In this document: piece after piece, positions 55,783 through 64,000 of the stretch
Numbering within the stretch: the stretch's first letter is position 1
Layout: each line of letters begins with the position of its first letter
Source of the DNA: Eledone cirrhosa
Lineage: Eukaryota
Direction: 5' to 3'
DNA length: 64,000 bases
NCBI GenBank assembly: GCA_964016885.1
Contig: OZ024742.1
Span: forward strand, 109,244,001-109,308,000
Program-made: the position numbers and the translations under genes
The notes under the pieces: model-generated
What the model was told of the DNA's origin: nothing
Database searches by the model: none
What the model saw: the letters and a program-made list of their open reading frames with translations, nothing else

Positions 55783-56028
55783 GTAGTAGAAGTAGTAGTA
55801 GTAGTAGTAGTAGTTGTTGTTGTTGTTTAACCGTAGGTCAGCTCTGCTCTAGAATTAAAGACAAGCATTTTGTGACCATTGTGTGAAGATTTGTCTACTA
55901 TTTCTAGCATGTAGTAATTGTTGTAAGTGGTAAACTATGGAGTGAAGTGAGGTTAACAATACTGCAGCCAGGAGCCCCACAATATTTGAAGGCGCCCAAA
56001 TTAAATTTTGTTTTTTGTTTTGCTACTA

Positions 56029-56232
56029 TGGCTCTTCCAGCGCATCTCCCTCACGATCCTCCGGGAAAACGCCTTCTCCATTCTGTCCGTTGGGGCTGTG
56101 AGGCGGCCAGCACGTGGGACCCCATGTGCTCACTATACAGAGAGATAGGGGAGATGACGGTGGAAGTTCGGCTCTTCCGTGTTCGGACACATTGCATCTG
56201 TCAAGAGCGTATTTTCATACTAGCAATGGTTG
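56029..56232 (+). pseudogene. Possible CRE-like REL LINE C-terminal fragment
   Basis: WLFQRISLTILRENAFSIL resembles the FQRxSxxIxRGNA motif. Confidence 0.45.
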
Positions 56233-57319
56233 ATCTCTTACCAGAAAGATCCATGATGAAATTTTCAGCAAGGGGTTCAATACAAGCTTAACCCACCCTT
56301 TGTTGTTATTTAATTCAAGGTCAGCTCTGTTTGAAATGATCCAGGATTAAAGACGTTCGAGTTGTGATTATCCCGTCATATGTTTCTGTGTTATTTTAGT
56401 GTTTGATCTGTTGTATGTGGTGTTGTTTATTTTATAGGAAGTGTTTGTGCATGAAGTTTGGTCTACTTGTGTTGCGCTATTTTGACGGTTGTGGGCTCTT
56501 CCTTTCAAAGCTATTGTTATAATAGTGTGTATTATTGTGAACCCTGGTTTTGCTTCTATGTATTTGTTCATATTTCCTCTTCTCTTCGGGCAATATTCTG
56601 GGTTAGAAAGGATCGCAATGTTTATCAGTGAACATGTCTTCTTCTTCTTCTTCTTCTTCTTCTTCTTCTTCTTCTTCTTTTTCTTCTTCTTCTTCTTCTC
56701 CTCCTCCTCCTCCTCCTTCTCCTCCGCCTTCTTCTTCTTCTTCTTCTTCTTCTTCTTCTTCTTCTTCTTCTTCTTCTTCTTCTTCTTCTTCTTCTTCTTC
56801 TTCTTCTTCTTCTTCTTCTTCTTTATTATTATTCATATTATTATTATAAATTCAAATTCGAAATTACAAAATACTTCAAATGTATGAGCTTGAAAGAAAT
56901 ATAAAAGAAAAAAGAATTAGATTTGATTGATGAGAAATAGATGAGATTGATTTCAGAATAAATTTGAAAATCATTATCGTGCATACAGTGAAAACAATAT
57001 AGAATTGTTAGAATGACTCTTGGAATGTAAGGGTTCAAACAGAAGGAGGTTTGAGATTATCAGGAGACATATAAACAAACACACACAAACACACACGCAC
57101 ATACATACTTGTACACACGCACACAGATTCACATACTTTTACACACGCGCATACATGCATACATACACACACGCACGCGCACACACATATGCACACACGC
57201 GCACACTCACATACATGCATACATACTCACACACACACATACACGCACGCACACACACGTGCACACACGCCCACACACTCACATACTTTTACACATACAC
57301 ACACACAAACACACACACA

Positions 57320-57379
<60 letters not shown>

Positions 57380-57546
57380 AATACAGCGTCGGCAGAACTT
57401 CGAAATTAAAAAGAATCACCTTGATACTGAATATATATACATATATGTGGGTGCATGTGTGAATGTATGAATATGTCTATGTATGTATATGTATGTATAT
57501 GTGTATATATATATATATGTGTGTGTGTTTGTATGTATTTACTTAG

Positions 57547-57750
57547 GTGGATTGGCAGTATCGGTAGAGAGTCGGACACCATGCTTTACATAATAGAGTT
57601 ACGGCCCTTTACAGTCTGAGTTCAAATCCCACCGAGGTTAAATTTGCCTTTCCTCCTTACGGGGTCGATAAAATAAAGTACCAGTTACGTACTGGAGTCG
57701 ATTTAATCGACTTTTACCTCCCCCCCAAATTACTGGTAGAAATCATTATT
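57547..57750 (+). mobile_element. S1 SINE
   Basis: A and B boxes plus central domain. Confidence 0.85.
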
Positions 57751-57974
57751 TTATAAATTCTTACTAATAGAGAGAGAGCCGGTTTCTAACAGACACAAGA
57801 CGCTTTCATTGGAATTTAGACAACATCAACTAGGTAAATATGTATGTATGTCTGCATGCGCGCGTATGTGTGGGCGCGAAGGTATGGGTGTTATTGTATG
57901 TGTGGATCTGCATGTTTGGAGTTGTATCTGTACATGTACATATGTTTTGTATCTATACATGTGTTTATGCAGTT

Positions 57975-58450
57975 ATTTCTTGCAGAAATTTTGGAATGCT
58001 TTACATATTTTTGAAGTTCCATTAATGGATTGTACTTTTAATTTCCTAATTAGCCGTGTTCTTTCTGATTCTGTTAAGCCTATCTTCTCAAGATTTTTAT
58101 TGAGGCAGTTAATAACATATCCCAGTGCCCCAATGATCATAGGTATAAGGCATCGTCAGGGTGGAGTATTTGCAGATCCCTCCTTAGTTCTGCATAGATA
58201 TTCTCCTTTTCGCTAATGAACTGACCTCCACCACTGTGCATGCCTTCTTTTCCATGTCCCATATCATTATATCTGGTCTGTTATGCTTGAATTTTATTGG
58301 AGTTTTGATGTGAATATTCCAATAATACTCTTTCATATTATGTATGTGTATGTCTTCCACATTGCAGTAACTTTTAGTATGTTTATTCTCGGGACTTTTC
58401 TACGATTGCATTGTTTAGTGTTTTGGCCACCATATCATGCCTCATATGTA
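57975..58450 (-). pseudogene. REL-endonuclease LINE 3' fragment
   Basis: YMRHDMVAK, HNRPDIMIWD..VVEVS, IPMIIGALG..SINGTSKICK. Confidence 0.7.
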
Positions 58451-58487
58451 GATGTATGTATGTATGTTTGTTTGTTTGTATCTGTGT

Positions 58488-58579
<92 letters not shown>

Positions 58580-59697
58580 ATGTGTGGATGGGCGTGTGTC
58601 TACTGGACCTTGTGATAATAAATCTAATTCGTTCCAGAACCTCGTTCGCTACCACAGAAATGTGTTACTAAATTAGAATAATACTTTCCATCAACTCAAC
58701 CAATGCCTCAAGCTTACACGCAAATAATCCCATTTGAGACATAAACGTTAATGGTACCACTTGTGGAACACTCGACCACTTACACTTTAATTCACGACTC
58801 GAACGTTCAGATAAAAAAAATTAATGTTCATCGTCGAAAGTGACGGAGGGTCCATAATTATTTGGATATACTTGAGTTTTTTTTTTTTGCCTATTCTAAT
58901 TTGATAAAAAGAACCTGCTTCGTATGATCTAGAAATTTGTTCATTATATATTATTCAAACGCATGCGTGTGTGGATTTGTATTCATTCGTATTGTTGTTA
59001 TTATTGTTGTTGTAGTTGTTATTGATGTTGTTTGTTTTATTTTTTCATTATATCAGTTTTGATATTGTTTCTCGGAATGATATAACCTTTTTTTTTTTTC
59101 TCCTGTTTTTAATCAAATATGCAAGACTGGGAGTTAACTAGAGCAGCAACAGCGAGGAGGAATGAAACAAATTGTCAAATAAAACGAAATCAACAAGCTA
59201 ATCAATAAAAAGAAATCGTTCGATTAATTACCAAAGTAGGCAACAATAACGACGACGACAAACCCCTTCACCACCACAACAACAACAACAATAACAATAA
59301 TAATAAAAATAAAAATATCATAATATGGAAGATAGAAGAATATTGTTCCAATATGTCGATAAGGTTAGAAATTGCATCAGCAAATGTCATGAGGGAATAT
59401 GAAGAATGCTGAGGATGCCAAGATGAAAGACAGGAAAAACTGCATTCGGAAAAATCGAGTAAAAATGGTTGACATTATTCTTTCATTTTTATTATTAGTT
59501 TCTGTCATTAGACTGCGGCCATGCTGAAGCACCGTCTTCAATGGATTTTAGCCGATCATATCAGTCTAGTATTTATTGAATCGATTTCTTTTTGTTGAAC
59601 CTGAAAGTTACGGGACATAAACAAACGTAACACCGACATAGAAACACATACGCATACACCTATCTATTTACCTTCCTGTCTTTCTCTCTCTCCCCCC

Positions 59698-59740
<43 letters not shown>

Positions 59741-59761
59741 ATCTGAGTTTTTAGAATATTA

Positions 59762-59946
59762 ATAATTGTTTCTACTTTTGGCACAAGGCCAGCAATTACC
59801 CAGTACATTACTGGTACTTTATTTTATCGACCCCGTAAGGATGAAAGGCAAAGTTAACCTCGACGGTGTTTGAACTCAAACCGTAAAGGGACGTAACTAT
59901 GCTAGAAAGCATGGCGTCCAACCCTCTACTGATACTGCCAATTCAC
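59762..59946 (-). mobile_element. S1 SINE
   Basis: Match to S1. Confidence 0.85.
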
Positions 59947-60042
59947 CAATAATAATATTCAATTCGTTTGCAATTATGCAAACAGCCTCTTTTATAAGCC
60001 ATGTCAGTAGCCCCTCATTCTCGCACTTGTGATGGCATGCAG

Positions 60043-60091
60043 AACTGCAGACACTAATGTTTCTGGGTGATTACTCTTCATCAGTGCAGTT
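60043..60091 (-). ncRNA. Type I hammerhead
   Basis: aactgca CTGATGA agagtaatcaccca GAAA cat-ta-gtg TC tgcagtt. Confidence 0.75.
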
Positions 60092-60573
60092 TACTGCTTA
60101 CCTGCCAACTGTCAGAGCTAGTGAAAATATATGATATTTTCTTAAATATGCAGTGACTGATCGGTCTGATTTGCATATTAGCAGACTGGCTGATGAGTCT
60201 CAGATCTGCATATTAGCAGACGCACTCATCAGTCATATTTGCATATCAGTAGATATGCCAGTCAGTTTCATCTATACGAGCGATTAATGGCCGGCTTTGC
60301 CATATTGAAATAACTAACAACTTGTTATCATTCTACATGGCTGAATACAATAAATGAAATCTGAGATTTTTGAATAACACAAGAGTGAATATGAGGGGCT
60401 CATTCTATGGCTTATAAAAGAGGCTGCTTGCGTAATTGCAAACAAATCGAATATTATTATTGATATTCGAAAACTCAGATTACATTTATTGAATTCACAA
60501 CTAATGACGAAGAATACAAGAAGACTAATTCCCATTCCATATTTTATAAACCACAATAAGAATAAGGAAAATG

Positions 60574-60624
60574 CCAAAATTTATCTAAAAATAAGCGATA
60601 TGAACGAAATGTATCCATGATGAT

Positions 60625-60690
<66 letters not shown>

Positions 60691-60761
60691 TCATCATCAT
60701 CATCATCATCATCATCGTGGATTCATTTCGTTCATATCGCTTATTTTTAGATAAATTTTGG
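60574..60761. repeat. ~50-bp inverted repeat around (TA)n(TCA)n
   Basis: ccaaaatttatctaaaaataagcgatatgaacgaaatg and its reverse complement. Confidence 0.8.
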
Positions 60762-60851
60762 TATATATATATATATATATATATCAAGGTTGAGCAAATA
60801 AGGAAAAGTTTTAAAATAAATTTTAAAAAATTCACTCTACCTGCTATGGTT

Positions 60852-60937
60852 ACCTTTACCGTACGGTTTCGAGTCTCAAAAATTAATGGATAGTCCTTAC
60901 GGGACTCCATTGAAAAGAAAGACTCTCGTCAGAAGGT
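60852..60937 (-). ncRNA. Type I hammerhead
   Basis: acctt CTGACGA gagtc...gactc GAAA ccgtacgg TA aaggt. Confidence 0.85.
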
Positions 60938-61227
60938 TCTTTTCACTCGGAGAATATAAAATTCCCGAATTCGAATTACGCACTGGCGCTATTCAAAATT
61001 GTTCCCGAGATGAGGATGAATGATGTAGAAGCAATTCTGTCCAGTGCCGTCTGCAAAGACAGAAGGCAGAGGCGGAAAGATCAATACACTACCACTAGAA
61101 ATAGCAGCAGTCAAAACGACCAAATGTTATCTCGACCAGGGGGAGATTAATAATAATAAAGTATATATCCCTTTTTGAATTCGTTTCTTGCGGGGACCAT
61201 GGTAGAAAAATCTTTGTCCAATTGAGT

Positions 61228-61314
61228 TATCTCCTGATGAGTTCCAAACCTCGTTGATTTATTCAAGATCGGATATATCCAAAAGGTGAACGAAACCGCC
61301 GGGTGGTAGAGATA
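61228..61314 (+). ncRNA. Type I hammerhead
   Basis: tatctc CTGATGA gttc...gaac GAAA ccgcc-g-ggtgg TA gagata. Confidence 0.85.
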
Positions 61315-61602
61315 TTATGAAGATTTTGGTAAAGTTTATGTACATTTTTTTCTTCTAACCTTGAATTTGTACCTAATTATGTGTAGTTAACTATATGTCT
61401 AGTCAATTTCTACAGGCTAATAGAAATATTAGGTAAGTTTTTTGTAGCTGTACATCGCGGTTAAGAAGCTATTTTGTTTCTTCATAAGTACATTTTAAAC
61501 TTATAGCCTCGTTTAAATGATTTTTTGTGTGGTTGATTTATACTGATTGGGAGGAGAAATACTGTATATATTTTATCTAAAGATTCTTTGGACTTACTTT
61601 AA

Positions 61603-61789
61603 AGGAACTAGTAAGACCCCCGACGGCTGAGCTCAAGCCGTTTCAACGGCTAGTCCAGAATTAGCCGTCGAAACGGCTTGAGCTCAGCCGTCGTGGTCTT
61701 ACTGGTTCCTATTACCCACTCTACTACCCTAAGTATTGAGTACTTTGGTGCGTTATGGTCCACCTGGTTCCTTACCACATTTCCTTCGT

Positions 61790-61790
<1 letters not shown>
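61603..61790 (+). mobile_element. Fold-back mini-element made of a hammerhead 3' half
   Basis: Palindrome 61603-61710 centred on a stem II-like hairpin; GAAA cggct-tgagctc-agccg TC on the + arm. Confidence 0.7.
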
Positions 61791-61840
<50 letters not shown>

Positions 61841-61843
<3 letters not shown>

Positions 61844-62024
61844 TAGCTACACAACAGTTAGTTCACCATACCGAGAACAATTGTTTCACCTTATGAAGAT
61901 CCGCATAAGGTGAAACAATTGTTCTCGGTATGCTGAACTAACTGTTGTGTTACTAGTTCTACCAAATTCCTCCCACGGATTGAGTGCTCTACCACTACGG
62001 ATATTACCTTCCAGTATTCTACCG

Positions 62025-62025
<1 letters not shown>
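61841..62025 (+). mobile_element. Family H fold-back copy truncated inside the HHR core
   Basis: Palindromic arms meet at TGAAGAtccg; same tail as 47009. Confidence 0.8.
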
Positions 62026-62064
<39 letters not shown>

Positions 62065-62067
<3 letters not shown>

Positions 62068-62205
62068 TAGAAAACTGGTGGGTTATATCCGTAATATAAG
62101 TGCATTCAGTCCATGGGACGAGTTTGGTAGAAGTAGTTCCACAACAGTTAATTCACCATTTCAGAGAAGAATTGTTTCACTTTAGTCGGATCATCAGCTC
62201 GGTTT
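62065..62205 (-). mobile_element. Diverged family H copy with HHR 62162-62202
   Basis: ccgag CTGATGA tccgactaaagt GAAA caattc TT ctctg. Confidence 0.7.
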
Positions 62206-62639
62206 ATATGAAATTATATATAAATGTGTGTGTGTGAAAAATATAAATGTGATATCAGAAAATACTATAACCAAAAGGTGACACAAGGGATACAAATCTC
62301 ACTGTCATTATTAATATAAAATAAACGATACATTTAAGATTAATTAAATATACAAGCATAAAATAATCAAGCACATGATCAACGAACTGCAAAATATTTT
62401 AACAAAACAAGACTGACCTGTCCGTTGTGTCTGGTTGTTGCCGACAAAGTAAGAGAATCAGTACTTTGGCACTAATTCTCCCATGTCTTCAGCAAGTAAC
62501 GGTCAATCGAACACCAACAAAGGTGTATAGAATTTTATTACCCCTAAACAAAGCTAAATTCTAAGTAGGTTATCATAGCATACAGTTCAAGGTTCTACAG
62601 TTTCAATGTATATATGTACATATATGCACACACACACAC

Positions 62640-62780
<141 letters not shown>

Positions 62781-62907
62781 GAGAGAAAGAGAGAGAAAGT
62801 AAATAATAAACCAAGGGTATAGGTGGAACTAAAACAATTAAGACCCTGTGGATTGTTCCTAAGATATTTTTACGCTAGATGATTGTTGATTGTAAAAACA
62901 TACTGCA

Positions 62908-62982
62908 CTTAAGATAATGTTATTTCATAAAAATGTAGATTCTCTACTTGTTAAACTTGTTATAAGCGGTTCGTCAGTTAAA
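62908..62982 (-). ncRNA. Possible degenerate hammerhead
   Basis: tttaa CTGACGA ... GAAA taa-ca-tta TC ttaag; base of stem II is poor. Confidence 0.45.
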
Positions 62983-63143
62983 GCACTCAATGCTGTTACG
63001 GAGGCCAGTCCCTTGTGGAGTTTATATTTCTGTTTACTCGATGATTAAGACGGCTGTAACCTGCAGAGTGTAAATACAAGTAAACAGGAACGACGTCAAG
63101 GTTGCACCATAAGTAAACTTTAATATGTAAGTAAACTTTACTA

Positions 63144-63233
63144 GCATATGACAATTGTTTCGATATCGATCAGCTCAGGGTGCGATATTAATGATCAGGC
63201 CCAGACTCTGCATCAGCATCTCGTCAGATATGC
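63144..63233 (-). ncRNA. Type I hammerhead
   Basis: gcatat CTGACGA gatg...tatc GAAA caattg TC atatgc. Confidence 0.85.
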
Positions 63234-63557
63234 GATTTCATAGATACAGAACACATTCAAACTATTGAGAGGGATCAATAGATCTCTTTAGGTACTTATT
63301 TTGGGGTGCTGTGGGAAATGAATAAACAAATGAGTAAAGAATCAAAATAAAATTGGAATAAACATACAAATAAAATACAGAAAGTTAGTTGTCACTAATA
63401 TACCAGGACATCTCAATGAAAAGAATCAAAAAAAGCATTTAAAACATATTTCATCTAATGCCAAAACATCCATTGGGGGGAATACCAGCAAGACGAACTA
63501 ATATTAGAAAGTTTCGCTCGTATCATCTCCCGAACTCCAACTTCTGGAATTAAGAAA

Positions 63558-64000
63558 TAATTGTTTCTACTTTTGGCACAAGGCCAGCAATTAACCAGTA
63601 CATTACCGGTACTTTAAATAATTGTTTCTACTTTAGGCACAAGGCCAGCAATCACCCAGTGCATTACTGGTACTTTATTTTATCGACCCAGTAAGGATGA
63701 AAGGCAAAGTCAACCTCGGCGGGATTTGAACTCAGATCGTAAAGGGACGTAACTATGCTGGAAAGCATGGCGTCCGACCCTCTACCGATACTGCCAATCC
63801 TGGTACTTTAAATAATGATTTCTAGAATAGGCACAAGGCCAGTAATTTTTTTTGGGGGGGGGTCTATTAAATCGACCTCAGTACGTTACTGGTACTTTAT
63901 TTTATCGACCCCGTAAGGATAAAAGGCAAAGTTAACCTCGGCGAGATTTGAACTCAGACCATAAAGGACCGTAACTCTATTCTGCAAAGCATGGTGTCGC
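63558..64000 (-). mobile_element. Cluster of nested/tandem S1 SINEs
   Basis: Partial 63558-63615, full 63618-63800, another from 63811 to the window edge; ggtactttaaa repeated at junctions. Confidence 0.85.

Overview
AT-rich, microsatellite-saturated animal genomic DNA. The SINE types and (TA)n density resemble an octopus/cephalopod genome (inference). I found no host gene; the window is almost entirely mobile DNA. 1-14.6 kb is a head-to-tail array of three Tx1/L1-clade LINEs, each ending in a (TTA)n tract, with R4/Dong-like and RTE 3' ends in the same tracts. A 2.1-kb internal piece of the first LINE is copied again at 17.4-19.5 kb between 248-bp direct repeats. From 16 to 63.3 kb the (TA)n tracts hold four Penelope-like element (PLE) bodies or fragments and many short non-coding inserts. 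By eye I can fold about 20 type I hammerhead ribozymes (HHRs), mostly from unrelated families, on both strands. They include core variants (U3:A8, U4C, C3U, 1-nt insertion), fold-back palindromes whose turn points lie in ribozyme helices, a 545-nt terminally redundant retrozyme-like unit, and a shared downstream motif. One PLE has an intact RT/GIY-YIG ORF joined to an upstream ORF by a correctly phased U_UUU_UUA -1 frameshift heptamer. Also present: tRNA-derived SINEs, a decayed mariner, Helitron, CR1-like, CRE-like and REL-LINE fragments, and MITEs. All folds and alignments were done by eye; nothing was computed or searched.
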